The notes beneath the pieces were generated by a model. The model was not told where the DNA came from, did not search any database, and saw nothing but the letters and a program-made list of their open reading frames with translations. From Candidatus Helarchaeota archaeon (GTDB lineage: Archaea > Asgardarchaeota > Lokiarchaeia > Helarchaeales > RDOG01): a stretch of 64,000 bases of DNA. Made by a program: the position numbers and the translations under genes. Location of the stretch: NCBI GenBank assembly GCA_029838215.1, contig JALGVI010000003.1, positions 1-64,000 of the forward strand, read 5' to 3'. Each line of letters starts with the position of its first letter. The first letter of the stretch is position 1. Below are positions 43,994 through 54,867 of this stretch, one piece after another.

Positions 43994-46777
43994 ATGGCTT
44001 TGGACAAAAAAGACTTGAAAAGAATTTTTAAGGAAGAGCATTATAAGGTCAAGCTCTTTGATGAGAATGGATTTATTCGAAAGCAGTGTCCGATCTGCAA
44101 GGATTATTTCTGGACTCTAAATCCTGAAACTGAAATCTGTGGTGATACGCAATGTTTGGGCGGTTATTCTTTCATTGACCTTAAAAGAAAGTCAGATTGG
44201 GACTTTCACAATACTGTTAAACGATGGTGTGATTTTTTCGAAAAAAATGGACACAAGCGAATCCAAGAGTATCCCGTAGTAGCGCGTTGGCGCCCTGATC
44301 TCTATTTTACAATCGCTTCTATTGGATGTTTCCAGCCCTATGTATTGAATGGTACCGTGCCTCCGCCTGCCAATCCATTGGTCATCCCTCAGCCTTGCAT
44401 CCGGTTCGGAGGAAAAGGATTTAATGACATTGACAACGTGGGGAAGACAGGACGTCATCTTACTTCATTTATAATGGGAGGACAGCACGCCTTCAATTCT
44501 AAGAAGCAAGGTTTGAAAGGTTATTGGATGGACCGATGCATAGACTTGGACTTTCGATTCCTCACGGAAGTCTTGAAAATAAATCCCGCTGAAATCACGT
44601 TGAGAGAAGATATTTGGATGGGTGGAGGTAATTTTGGTCCTTGTTTGGAATCTTTTTCGAAAGGACTTGAAATCGTAAATAGTGTATTTATGCAGTATGA
44701 AATCCTTCCTGATGGGTCATACCGGCAAATGGACATGACCGTTGTTGATGTGGGGTGGGGCGTAGAAAGAGTAGGCTGGTTCGCAAGCGGAACTCTCACG
44801 GTGTACGAAGCAACGTTTGGACCGATCTTAGAAAATTTAAAGAAATCCGTTTCCATCAACATAGATGCCGATATTTTAGAGAAATATGCCCGTATCTCTG
44901 GATTATTAAACGTGGATGAAAATGAAAGAATTGATGAAACGAGAAGACGAATTGCTCAACAATTAGGGCTTTCTTATGACGTAATGCAAGAACAACTCGG
45001 TCCTTTAGAAGCCCTATATGCCATAACCGATCATGTTCGAACGTTGGTTTTTTCAATTGCTGATGGCGCATTCCCCTCGAATGTTGGTGGAGGATACAAT
45101 CTCCGAATGATCCTGCGGCGAGCCATCACGCTGAATGAATTATATAACTTAAACATTGATCTTGTCAAGCTTAGCTATGATACCATTAGTTATTTTAAGA
45201 AAACGTATACTCGTTTGGCAAACGCAAATGATATAATTGAAGACATTTTAAAGACCGAATTTCAAAGATTTACTGATTCTCGTAAAAAAGGGAAAAAATA
45301 CGTAGAACGACTCTTAAAAGAGAATAAAACAATTGATACGTCAAAATATCTCGAATTATATGAGTCTCGGGGAATTCCACCTGAAGTTGTTAAAGAAATT
45401 GCCCAAAAACAGGGTAAAAAGGTAGAAATTCCGAGTGATTTCTATGTAGCACTTGGAGAACTCAAAGAACGATCGAAAAAATCAGAAGAAGAACAACCAT
45501 TTGAGAAGCAATTTAAGGGAAGAATCGATGACGTGCCCGGTACCAAGGCACTATACGTGAAACATGATTATGATGTTGATTTCGAAGCAAAAATATTAAA
45601 AATTCTTGACGATCGTTTCATCATTCTCGATCAAACGCTGTTTTATCCCACGAGTGGCGGACAGCTTCACGATACGGGCACGATCGAAGGTCTTGAAGTA
45701 GATCGCGTGGAAAAAATCGGGGAAGTCATTATACATCAACTCGCTGCACCTACAAAAAAAATCAAAATGGGACAAAAAGTAAAAGCCAAGATTGACTGGT
45801 CTCGTCGAATCGCCCTGATGCGAAACCATACGGCAACACATGTCGTAAATGCGGCAGCGCGCAAGGTACTTGGGAATCACGTTTGGCAAGGTGGTGCTGA
45901 GAAGCGACCTGAACGTGCACATCTAGATATATCTCATTATAAAGCTGTTTCTCGGGATGAGTTACGGCAAATAGAGCAAGTTGCAAATGAAATTGTTTTG
46001 AAAAACATCCCAATTAACAAAACCGAGCTCATCCGAACAGAAGCAGAACAAACTTATGGTTTTGGCATCTATCAAGGTGGTGCGGTTCCGGGAAAGATGC
46101 TCAGGATCGTTAATATTGACGGCACGGACGTTGAAGCGTGTGGTGGCACGCACTTGAATCGCACTGGAGAAATCGGATTCATTAAAATGCTCGGAGCACG
46201 ACGAATTCAGGATGGTGTGGTTCGCTTGGAATATGCAGCAGGAATGAGTGCCATCCTTCAAATTCAAAAAATGGAACGCTTGCTTGAGACAACGGCAGAT
46301 ATCTTCAAGATCGGTAAGACTGAGGTTCCTGAAAAAGTTAAAAACATACAAGGTGAATGGAAAAGACTCATCAAGGAGAATGAACGATTACAAAAAGAAC
46401 TTTTCGGTGTCTTAGCCAAGGATCTTGTTCAAAATTCTCTTGAATTGGATGGATTCGAATTCATTACTAAAAATTTTCCCGAATATACCATTCCAAATCT
46501 TCGAGAGTTGGGTAATGTCCTGTTGAGTCTTGATGAAAACGTGATCGGCGTGCTATTTGCAGGTACCGAAAAACCTAACATGCTAATAATCGTTGGAAAG
46601 GCAGCTCAGAAAAGAGGACTTAATGCCGGAAAATTAATCAAAGACATTTCAAAAGAATTTGGAATAAAAGGTGGTGGAAAAGCAAATATGGGTCAAGCTG
46701 GAGGCTTCACTACTGAGAATATTACTGCCATCATTAAAAAAATAAAAGAATTGGTTCAGAGTTTTTCTAAATCTTGA
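43994..46777 (+). CDS. alaS: Alanine--tRNA ligase (archaeal type)
   Basis: ARWRPDLYFTIASI, QPCIR, DVGWGVER, TDHVRT, FYPTSGGQ, NHTATH, EACGGTH, GGG C-terminus. The track start is 43982. Confidence 0.97.
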   Translation: MALDKKDLKRIFKEEHYKVKLFDENGFIRKQCPICKDYFWTLNPETEICGDTQCLGGYSFIDLKRKSDWDFHNTVKRWCDFFEKNGHKRIQEYPVVARWRPDLYFTIASIGCFQPYVLNGTVPPPANPLVIPQPCIRFGGKGFNDIDNVGKTGRHLTSFIMGGQHAFNSKKQGLKGYWMDRCIDLDFRFLTEVLKINPAEITLREDIWMGGGNFGPCLESFSKGLEIVNSVFMQYEILPDGSYRQMDMTVVDVGWGVERVGWFASGTLTVYEATFGPILENLKKSVSINIDADILEKYARISGLLNVDENERIDETRRRIAQQLGLSYDVMQEQLGPLEALYAITDHVRTLVFSIADGAFPSNVGGGYNLRMILRRAITLNELYNLNIDLVKLSYDTISYFKKTYTRLANANDIIEDILKTEFQRFTDSRKKGKKYVERLLKENKTIDTSKYLELYESRGIPPEVVKEIAQKQGKKVEIPSDFYVALGELKERSKKSEEEQPFEKQFKGRIDDVPGTKALYVKHDYDVDFEAKILKILDDRFIILDQTLFYPTSGGQLHDTGTIEGLEVDRVEKIGEVIIHQLAAPTKKIKMGQKVKAKIDWSRRIALMRNHTATHVVNAAARKVLGNHVWQGGAEKRPERAHLDISHYKAVSRDELRQIEQVANEIVLKNIPINKTELIRTEAEQTYGFGIYQGGAVPGKMLRIVNIDGTDVEACGGTHLNRTGEIGFIKMLGARRIQDGVVRLEYAAGMSAILQIQKMERLLETTADIFKIGKTEVPEKVKNIQGEWKRLIKENERLQKELFGVLAKDLVQNSLELDGFEFITKNFPEYTIPNLRELGNVLLSLDENVIGVLFAGTEKPNMLIIVGKAAQKRGLNAGKLIKDISKEFGIKGGGKANMGQAGGFTTENITAIIKKIKELVQSFSKS

Positions 46778-49627
46778 TCATTCAATAAAAATTCCTGGCT
46801 TGCCAGGTTCTGCAACTTTCGCTTTTTGATGGTTCGATTTCTCGGCTTCTATGACTTGTACGATGCCTGCATTTATCTCCTTCTTTATGAAATCAATGCT
46901 TTCTGATAATATTCCCAATTCTAACTCTCGGTCTTTCGGTTGCTTGCTTTCTAAATCCGGAATTTTCATCAATTTTCCGGCATACTTTGACACTTCTTTT
47001 CCCATTTTTCGCATTGCAGGATCTTTCATGACTCGTTTCATCAGATCTTTTTTGTTTTGAAGTGCTTCATTGTAAACTTTGTATTTCCATTCTTGAGCAA
47101 TGAAGAGTTGTACTTTTTCTGGCTTGGTCTTCTTTGTCAATTTAATGATTTCTCTCAAATCATCCAAGACCTCACTTAAAAATCTCTCACCCTTTTCCAA
47201 ATCTTCATTAATGAGAGTTTCATCCGCCGTGGGCCAATCAGAGTTAAAAATAAAGTCATCATGTCCCCAGATCTCCCAAATTTCTTCACACACGTGGGGA
47301 ATGATCGGTGCCATGAGTTTTACCATGGTTTCTGCCGCAATTCTTAAAACATCGGAGGGCTGTTTCGTGCGACGTTGGTACCAACGAATGTCATTGAACA
47401 GGCTAAAGAAAGACTCCTGAACCACGAGCCGGGTTTGAAGACGTTCATAATGACGCGTTGCATTTTTAATACGTTTATGAATTTGACTTAGAAGCCAATT
47501 ATCAATTACCTGATGTTCTGTGGCGAGATCTGATAGTGAGGTCGCAAAAGAATAGAATGAATCAATTCGTCTTCGAATACCATCTAGATCACGTGCTCTC
47601 CAATCAGGATCATTTAAACCCTGCGTAATATAGCCTAATTCCATTCTCGTAGCATCTGCGCCGTATTTTTCCAAAGCCTCATCCATCGTGATGAACATTC
47701 CACGCGACTTGCTCATCTTTCCGCCTTCTACTTGAATCATGCCGTTTACACCTATAGCTTGAGGCCACATCTCTTCGGGCCAAATTGCAGTATGTTGAAA
47801 GATGCAGAACGATAAATGGTTATATATCAATTCTTTTGCTGAATTCCTCAAATCCATGGGATACCAATACAGAAATTCCTCGCGCATTTGCGTGATTAAA
47901 TCTTCCGAAATTCCCGACTTTTTCGCCACATTCTTTAACTTACCCTTATTTAGGAATATGTAGTCAAATAATTCTCGGGTTAAGTTCTCGGGCGTGATGT
48001 TGTTCTTTTCATCGTAGATGTACTTTGCAATGGTGTAATAACTCATGTAAATCGTAGAATCGGAGAGTGTTTCAACGATCCAATCTTCATCCCAGGGTAA
48101 AGGAGTTCCCAATCCTGAGCGCCGCACGCATGCCTTATCCATCAGCCAGTCAAATGTATAAGCGAATGCGGCACGTCCTTCGTCAGGAAAGACCTTTTTG
48201 GTTTCAAGCCAATGGTGAACCTTTGCCTTCCATTCTGGGTCACCATATGTCAAAAACCATTGATTTTCAAGAATTTTTATGATATTTCGCGTGTTGCATC
48301 GACAAATCACGATGTCTGATGTTTCCCATAATGAATCTGCAATGCCTAACTCTTTAAAATCTGCAATTAATATGTCTTTAATTTCTCGCACGGGCGTGCC
48401 TTTATATTTCCCTGTATTTTCTTTAAGGATTCCTTTATGGAATTCCTTCTTGTAAATTTCACTCGTGGCTTTTTCTGTCTTCGGGTCTAACTGATTTTTG
48501 ATTCCCATTCTTTCTACAATATCAATGGCAGGGTGTTCTCCTAACCCTTCTGTTTCAATCAAGGAGATTGGTTCAAGTTTCTCGATGATTTCTGGATCTA
48601 GTCCGAATTCCTTCGAAATCTCGGGATGATCTCTCAAATCTTTCTGGGCAATCCAATCGAAAGGAGCATGGCTCGGAACTGACATGACGACTCCTGTCGT
48701 GTGTTCTGCATCCACGAAGGACTTACCTTCATACCATGCTGGAATGATCATGACCTCATTCTTTAGCAGGGGATTTGTGCAAGTTTCACCAATGAACTCT
48801 TTCCCTTCGTATTCTTCCAAAACCTTAACCTTTTTATTTTGATCTATCAATTTCTGTATCGTTGCTTTACTCACGATCCATTTTTCTCCGTTAACATCTA
48901 CCTTGACGTATTTGGCTTTCGGATGTATCCACATTGCTACGACACCGAAGATTGTTTCGGGGCGAAGCGTTCCGGGAACGAAATATGCATCTCGTTTACT
49001 GCTGTAGAATTTAAGGAGCGTGAATTCAACGGGCGTGGACTGTTCTCCCACCAGTCGATCATGATCGCCTGTTGGCGAAAGACAATTAGGACACCAAATT
49101 ACAGGATGAGTCCCTAACCTGACATATCCCAAGTCTTTCAACGTTAAATATTGCCATCTGATGAATTGCTTATAGCGGGGTTCAATTGTGGTGAACTTGC
49201 GCCGCCAATCTACTGAGAACCCAATTCGCTTAATCGAGGATATTCCTCTATTTTTATAGTATTCAACGATATACTCAGGATCCGAAAATTTCTCAACTTC
49301 CTCTTTAGGAATTCCTCCCTTAATTAAAATCGAAATTTGTTTTTCTTCCCCTTCTTTCACGCGCTTGGCGACGCCCACAATGGGTTCTCCCGTCGCGTGG
49401 AATGCAAACGGCCAAAGCGAATTATAACCATTCATGAGCTTATATCTATTATAAATATCCACCTGAGTTGCCGTAAGAGCATGTCCTAAATGTAATGGAC
49501 CGTTCAAATAAGGATATGGAAATGTCACGAAACATTTTTTCTTTTTTGGATCGGGATCTCTTTCGTATAGCCTTGCTTCGTCCCACTTTTTCTGCCATTT
49601 TTGTTCAATTTTTTTCCAATCGACCAT
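46778..49627 (-). CDS. leuS: Leucine--tRNA ligase (archaeal/eukaryotic type)
   Basis: FPYPYLNGPLHLGH, TLRPET, GVVMSVPSHAP, LSDSTIY, KMSKS. Confidence 0.97.
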   Translation of the reverse strand: MVDWKKIEQKWQKKWDEARLYERDPDPKKKKCFVTFPYPYLNGPLHLGHALTATQVDIYNRYKLMNGYNSLWPFAFHATGEPIVGVAKRVKEGEEKQISILIKGGIPKEEVEKFSDPEYIVEYYKNRGISSIKRIGFSVDWRRKFTTIEPRYKQFIRWQYLTLKDLGYVRLGTHPVIWCPNCLSPTGDHDRLVGEQSTPVEFTLLKFYSSKRDAYFVPGTLRPETIFGVVAMWIHPKAKYVKVDVNGEKWIVSKATIQKLIDQNKKVKVLEEYEGKEFIGETCTNPLLKNEVMIIPAWYEGKSFVDAEHTTGVVMSVPSHAPFDWIAQKDLRDHPEISKEFGLDPEIIEKLEPISLIETEGLGEHPAIDIVERMGIKNQLDPKTEKATSEIYKKEFHKGILKENTGKYKGTPVREIKDILIADFKELGIADSLWETSDIVICRCNTRNIIKILENQWFLTYGDPEWKAKVHHWLETKKVFPDEGRAAFAYTFDWLMDKACVRRSGLGTPLPWDEDWIVETLSDSTIYMSYYTIAKYIYDEKNNITPENLTRELFDYIFLNKGKLKNVAKKSGISEDLITQMREEFLYWYPMDLRNSAKELIYNHLSFCIFQHTAIWPEEMWPQAIGVNGMIQVEGGKMSKSRGMFITMDEALEKYGADATRMELGYITQGLNDPDWRARDLDGIRRRIDSFYSFATSLSDLATEHQVIDNWLLSQIHKRIKNATRHYERLQTRLVVQESFFSLFNDIRWYQRRTKQPSDVLRIAAETMVKLMAPIIPHVCEEIWEIWGHDDFIFNSDWPTADETLINEDLEKGERFLSEVLDDLREIIKLTKKTKPEKVQLFIAQEWKYKVYNEALQNKKDLMKRVMKDPAMRKMGKEVSKYAGKLMKIPDLESKQPKDRELELGILSESIDFIKKEINAGIVQVIEAEKSNHQKAKVAEPGKPGIFIE

Positions 49628-49734
49628 GTTCTCAACCTCATGAGAAAACTGCCACTCATTCTTATCTCAAGCTGAAAAAATGATTTTAAGTTTTTTCAAT
49701 CTGATTATTGAATCAACTAAAAAATATCCATTCT

Positions 49735-50412
49735 TCAAACTTCTAAATGAAAAAAACTGATTTTTAATTCCTCGGCTAAAAATGATAATAAATCAAAGAT
49801 TTTTGAACTTTTTTCAATGATAATACCGTCTGAGGAAATGATTATTTCGCCGCCTGAGATGACCGTGCTATCCGGAAACTTGACGGCTCGTGCTTCCCCT
49901 AAAATTTCACGTTTTTCGAGTTGTTCTTGCACGAAAGCTGCCAATTTTCCCGAATTGCTGATCGGTTTATCGAAGAAAAAATTTAGTGATTTCGGTTGTA
50001 GTTTCTGTAATGAATCTAATATTAAGCTAAGTGCTTTTTTCGTGGTTTCTGTCAGTTTAAACTTGTACCGAGAGCCGTAGATATCTCTTATAAAACCATC
50101 ATCACAGTGAAGTAAGTGCTCACCCCTGAGCATGACTTCCGTTCCGATTAAAACGTTGTAGCCATCAATGGAGATTGTCTTATCTCGCAGTTCTTCAGGA
50201 GCCACTTTTTTATTTTGACGTCGGGAGAGTTCATCGTCCGAATGTATCATTCTAAACAGGAGATTTCGTTCATCTGAGGTCAGGTGATGATGGTCGCCCA
50301 CGAATTTTAGAGCACCCTTTTTTTTGTATCCGCGATTCAACAAAAATTTATATTCTTTGGCGGCAACTTGAAGTACTTTTCGATTTTCCATGTAGAACGA
50401 TCTAATTACCAT
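49735..50412 (-). CDS. DUF434 domain protein (PIN/NYN-like)
   Basis: LLNRGY..KGALKFVGDHH.L, IDGYNVLI, DGFIRD, SSDG.I. Confidence 0.85.
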   Translation of the reverse strand: MVIRSFYMENRKVLQVAAKEYKFLLNRGYKKKGALKFVGDHHHLTSDERNLLFRMIHSDDELSRRQNKKVAPEELRDKTISIDGYNVLIGTEVMLRGEHLLHCDDGFIRDIYGSRYKFKLTETTKKALSLILDSLQKLQPKSLNFFFDKPISNSGKLAAFVQEQLEKREILGEARAVKFPDSTVISGGEIIISSDGIIIEKSSKIFDLLSFLAEELKISFFHLEV

Positions 50413-50529
50413 TGATTTATTTCTTTATCAATTTTGACGACCAAAAAATTCTGAATCGGTGAATTTAAAAAAGTAAAAATTTCTTTTATTCAAATACGAA
50501 ACTTGGTTAAGATGATGAATGCTCATCGT

Positions 50530-50607
50530 GGTCCCGTAGCATAGCCTGGATAGTGCGCCAGCCTTCTAAGTTGGATATCGAGAGTTCAAATCTCCCCGGG
50601 ACCGCCA
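50530..50607 (+). tRNA. tRNA-Arg (anticodon TCT), CCA encoded, no intron
   Basis: Acceptor GGTCCCG/CGGGACC, anticodon arm CCAGC-CTTCTAA-GTTGG, T loop TTCAAAT (one A-C mismatch in the T stem). Confidence 0.93.
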
Positions 50608-50632
50608 CGCATTTTATTTTTGAGGGCTTGAT

Positions 50633-51694
50633 TTGGAAGTATATTGCATTTTAGTACCAAAGAATCTGGGTGAAATTGTTCGTAAAGAAGTATTGCAAGA
50701 GGGTCTGTTACACGCTACTCTAAAAATCAAGCCGAAGGGTGAAAAACTTTTAATCCCATTGAAATCTGCTCCTGCTGACGATCTAAAGAATAATCTCCAA
50801 AAAATATCTCCTGAAATTTCCTTTGTTAAAGAAAAAATGGAAATTCCTATTACTAATAAACAAAAATCCTTTAGAGACTTACTGAAAGATAAATTACCTC
50901 CTGAAAAAAATGCATTCATTCCACGTTCATTTGACATCATTGGAAATATTGGCATCCTTGAAGTTCCTGATGATTTAAAACCTCACGCAAGAGTATTGGC
51001 AGAAACGCTAATGACACGGATTCCTCACTTGAAATCTGTCTACGAAAAGGCAGGAATCGTTGAGGGCAAATATAGAACAAGAAGGTTCAACTTTTTGGCG
51101 GGAATCGATGATCCCGTGACAATCCACAAGGAAAATCACTGTCAATTCAAAGTAAACATGATGAAAGTCTATTTCAATCCACGTCTAAGTACAGAACGCG
51201 CACGTATTACATCAATGATACATCCAAATGAAGTGGTTCTCGATCTTTTTGCTGGGGTTGGTCCCTTTTCGATACAGATCGCAAAAAAAGGTGCAATTGT
51301 TCACGCAATCGACATTAATCCCGATGCCGTGGAATTACTTAAACAAAACATTTTACTGAATAAAGTCGAGAACCACGTGGTGCCCCACCTTGGTGATGCA
51401 CGGGAGATCGTTCCTGAAAAACTCCGCGGAAAATTCGATTTCGTCATAATGAACCTTCCAAAGGAAGCAATCAAGCATCTTGACATCGCAACCATGTCCC
51501 TGAAAAAAAACGGAGGAACGATTTTTCTCTATCATGAAGTTAACGATGAAGAAAATATGGATGATTTAATAAAAAAGCTTTTAGATCCCGTAAAAAAACA
51601 TGGTTTTATTAACGCACGCGTGAACTCCGCGAAAAAAGTCCACAATCTTGCTCCATATCGATGGCAAAAATGCTTTGAGATTATCGTTTCATAA
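50633..51694 (+). CDS. trm5: tRNA (guanine-37-N1)-methyltransferase, Trm5 family
   Basis: SFDIIGNI, HKENHCQF, VYFNPRL..ER, VLDLFAGVGPF, IDINP, MNLP. Confidence 0.88.
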   Translation: MEVYCILVPKNLGEIVRKEVLQEGLLHATLKIKPKGEKLLIPLKSAPADDLKNNLQKISPEISFVKEKMEIPITNKQKSFRDLLKDKLPPEKNAFIPRSFDIIGNIGILEVPDDLKPHARVLAETLMTRIPHLKSVYEKAGIVEGKYRTRRFNFLAGIDDPVTIHKENHCQFKVNMMKVYFNPRLSTERARITSMIHPNEVVLDLFAGVGPFSIQIAKKGAIVHAIDINPDAVELLKQNILLNKVENHVVPHLGDAREIVPEKLRGKFDFVIMNLPKEAIKHLDIATMSLKKNGGTIFLYHEVNDEENMDDLIKKLLDPVKKHGFINARVNSAKKVHNLAPYRWQKCFEIIVS

Positions 51695-52123
51695 AAGTTC
51701 CAGAATCGTGAATTCGCATTCTAATCTTGTATCAGGGTTTTTCAATAATTGAATGAAATCTCTCGGCAAATCTTTGGCGGCCTTGTCAGCCCAGATCATG
51801 ACTGTTCGAGGACACGTGAAAAAACTTTTCCTGATGACAATATCTGTAGGGTGTGCATATGACAGGTTAGGATCTCCTTTACCAGTGATCACGACTTCCC
51901 TATCTTCAATTCGTAAATTGCATTGAATGTATCTTTCCTCTTTTGCAAGTCGTTTAAAATCTTTGTTAAAATCCTTTAATGCTTTCGTGGCTTTAACTCC
52001 AATTATGCAATCTCCTTGAAGCGTCAGGTCACTATCTTTTGTCATTTCGATTGTCGTGGGATGTTCTCCCAAAACATTAACGTGTCCATTGCATTCAAGT
52101 TTTTCAACCGCTAAGATTTTCAA
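51689..52123 (-). CDS. DUF371 domain protein
   Basis: GHVNV.G.HPTT.E.TKD..LT.QGDCIIGV, AAKDLPR. Confidence 0.88.
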   Translation of the reverse strand: MKILAVEKLECNGHVNVLGEHPTTIEMTKDSDLTLQGDCIIGVKATKALKDFNKDFKRLAKEERYIQCNLRIEDREVVITGKGDPNLSYAHPTDIVIRKSFFTCPRTVMIWADKAAKDLPRDFIQLLKNPDTRLECEFTILELL

Positions 52124-52247
52124 CTATACTCCCCATCTTTTTTTGTCTGGATGATCTATGAAGTTTTTGCTTAAATGCTTGTCGTTGGCTCTGCCGATAT
52201 TGAACAGGACGGAAGTTGGGAAATTCAAAAAAATAAAAATCGATTTT

Positions 52248-52919
52248 TCAACTTTGAAATCCGTGCTCTCCTATTAGTGGAACGAATGCAACACCGCCTT
52301 TATTTTTTCGCACGATTTTTTCTCCATGCCGCTCAACTAACACGAGTTCCTGATACATTTTTTGTTTTCCCACGGGAATGATTAGTTTTCCCTTATCAGC
52401 AAGTTGTTTTTCGAGAGGAGGAGGAACTATTGGACCTGCAGCCGTGACGATAATTCTATCATATGGTGCCTTTTCGGGATATCCTAAAGTACCATCACCC
52501 AAGATGACTGTTACTCTCTCTCCATAGCCGTTTCTTTCTAGGTTCTCACGTGCAAATTCAACAAGCTCCGGCTTGCGTTCAATGGTATAAACATGACCTC
52601 TTATAGAAGCACCTTCTGGACAAGCGAGTTCCGCAAAAAAAGCCGCGTTGTATCCCGATCCCGCTCCGATTTCCAATATTTTATGCCCTGCCTGAATTTC
52701 TAAAAGCTCTGCATAGATAAAGGAAATGTGCGGTGCAGAGATGGTTTGTCCGTGTCCAATCTGTAAGGGCGTATCCCTATACGCCTTATCTCTTTGATTT
52801 TCTGGAAGAAAATTCTCACGCGGAACTTTTAAGAATGCCTGACATACTTTCTCGGTTTTTGCGGTGCCTGAATGTCGATACCGTTTTAATAAGTTGAGTT
52901 TTTCTTCTTCGATTTCCAT
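52248..52919 (-). CDS. pcm: Protein-L-isoaspartate O-methyltransferase
   Basis: VPRENF, GQTISAPH, LEIGAGSGY, GDGTLGY...APYDRI, FVPL. The track start is 52985. Confidence 0.93.
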   Translation of the reverse strand: MEIEEEKLNLLKRYRHSGTAKTEKVCQAFLKVPRENFLPENQRDKAYRDTPLQIGHGQTISAPHISFIYAELLEIQAGHKILEIGAGSGYNAAFFAELACPEGASIRGHVYTIERKPELVEFARENLERNGYGERVTVILGDGTLGYPEKAPYDRIIVTAAGPIVPPPLEKQLADKGKLIIPVGKQKMYQELVLVERHGEKIVRKNKGGVAFVPLIGEHGFQS

Positions 52920-53082
52920 CCGCTTCCTTATTTCGACCGATCGTGAATGCTTAAATTTAAAATGATAAAATATCCTTTTTTGCATGCAAAATGGATCTTA
53001 ATCATTCATGCATGATAAAGAAATACGTAATAAACAAAATTAAATATTCTCATGGTTTCTTTTCAAGATGTAAAAAATCGCT

Positions 53083-54489
53083 TTGTTTGGAGACTTTTAC
53101 TTGAAGATATTAGACTTGTCACGTGATGAAATCATCCGGGCTGCCAAAAAGGGTGAAGTGACGCTAGCGGTTTTTGGAGCCGGCAAGTTAGGATTACCTG
53201 TTGCACTGGCTTTTGCAAATGCAGGATTAAATGTCATTGCAGTAGATTTAAATCAAAGTATTGTTGATAAAATCAATCATGGAGAAAATCCGCACGTATT
53301 TGAACCTAGAATGGATTCAATTCTTCAAAAATGCGTGAAAAAACGAAGGATAAAAGCAACTACGGACCCCGTCCTTGCTTCCAAGAGTTCGGATGTTAAG
53401 ATGATCTTGATTCCGACCGTCACGGATGAGAATCACCAATTGGATTTAGGACCGTTAAAAAGCGCATTGGAATCAATAGGAAAAGGTCTTTCAAAGGGAG
53501 ATATCGTGATACTCGAAAGCACGGTGCCACCGGGAACGACCGAAAGTTTCGTCAGGAATGAATTGGAATCGGTATCTGGCTTGAAAGCGGGAAGCGATTT
53601 TGGCTTATCTTTTAGTCCTGAAAGAGTTTCTTCCGGTCAGATCCTTAAAAATTTAATTGAGGATTATCCTAAAATCGTAAGCGGAATCGATAAACGAACA
53701 ACTGAAGCTGTTGCTGCATTTTATGCGGTTGTCGTGAAAAATAAAATCATTAAAGTATCGAATCTAAGGACTGCCGAAGCCATTAAAGTATTCAAGGGAA
53801 TTTATCGGGATGTAAATATCGCTCTTGCCAATGAATTTGCGAAAATTGCTGATGACCTTAATATCGACGTTATAGAAGTCATTCACGCCGCCAATACCGA
53901 ACCATATAGCCACATACATCTTCCAGGAGCAGGTGTAGGGGGACATTGCATTCCCGTGTATCCTTATTTCATCATGAATTTAGCCGAACTTAAAGGAAAA
54001 ACAATGCCGAAATTAACACGAATTGCTCGAGATATAAATGAATCAATGCCTTTATACACGATTTCATTAGCTAAAGAGGCACTCAAGGCAATTAATAAAA
54101 ATTATGAAACGTCCAAAATCTCGATTCTGGGATTAACATACAGGGGTGGTATCAAAGAAACACGGAACGTTCCTGCTTTTGACATCATTGACCACTTGAA
54201 GGCGAATCAAATTGATTTCAAGGTATTTGATCCCGTCTTGACACCATCAGAGAGCAAGATCATTTTTGACATTGACGCTGAAGAAACTTTGGAAGCGGCT
54301 TGCAAGGGGCGAGACGTGCTCATTTTTCTAACGGATCATGACGAATTTAAGAAAATTGACTTGAAATGGCTTGCTAATTTAATGAATTCGCCCGGAATCA
54401 TTATTGACGGTCGACAAATTTTCGAACCGGTTAAAGTTCAGGAAGCGGGTCTGCGCTATAAGGGAATTGGACGAATTCAAAATCAATGA
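53083..54489 (+). CDS. UDP-N-acetyl-sugar (nucleotide sugar) dehydrogenase, WecC/WbpA-like
   Basis: GAGKLGLP, LESTVPPGTT, SPERV, RDVNIALANE, PGAGVGGHC. Confidence 0.9.
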   Translation: MFGDFYLKILDLSRDEIIRAAKKGEVTLAVFGAGKLGLPVALAFANAGLNVIAVDLNQSIVDKINHGENPHVFEPRMDSILQKCVKKRRIKATTDPVLASKSSDVKMILIPTVTDENHQLDLGPLKSALESIGKGLSKGDIVILESTVPPGTTESFVRNELESVSGLKAGSDFGLSFSPERVSSGQILKNLIEDYPKIVSGIDKRTTEAVAAFYAVVVKNKIIKVSNLRTAEAIKVFKGIYRDVNIALANEFAKIADDLNIDVIEVIHAANTEPYSHIHLPGAGVGGHCIPVYPYFIMNLAELKGKTMPKLTRIARDINESMPLYTISLAKEALKAINKNYETSKISILGLTYRGGIKETRNVPAFDIIDHLKANQIDFKVFDPVLTPSESKIIFDIDAEETLEAACKGRDVLIFLTDHDEFKKIDLKWLANLMNSPGIIIDGRQIFEPVKVQEAGLRYKGIGRIQNQ

Positions 54490-54555
54490 AACGGCAATTA
54501 AAATAAATTTTTATTTCGCCGTTTACAATTAATATGTATCGTAAACGGAGATAAA

Positions 54556-54867
54556 TTGATGAAAAACATCGCCTCTCGCATCCACAAAGAATTAGAAGCA
54601 GACATTGAGGAATTCATGAAAGAAAGAGGGTTGGATAAATCGTCGGCAATTAGAATAATACTACAAATAGGAATAGCCGAGTGGAAAAAAAACAGGGCAA
54701 TTGAGTTATATAAGATTAAAAGGATTACTTTATGGAAGGCTTCTCAAATGGCTGGTCTTTCTCTCAGAGAAATAATCGAAGAATTAAATCGCCGAAAAAT
54801 CCCGATAAACGTTACAACTCAGGAAATTATTGAAGACATAAAAGCTGCTAGTGAGGCAGAATCGTAA
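54556..54867 (+). CDS. UPF0175-family antitoxin
   Basis: RHH-like N-terminus, AIELYK...ITLWKASQMAGL. Confidence 0.85.
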   Translation: MMKNIASRIHKELEADIEEFMKERGLDKSSAIRIILQIGIAEWKKNRAIELYKIKRITLWKASQMAGLSLREIIEELNRRKIPINVTTQEIIEDIKAASEAES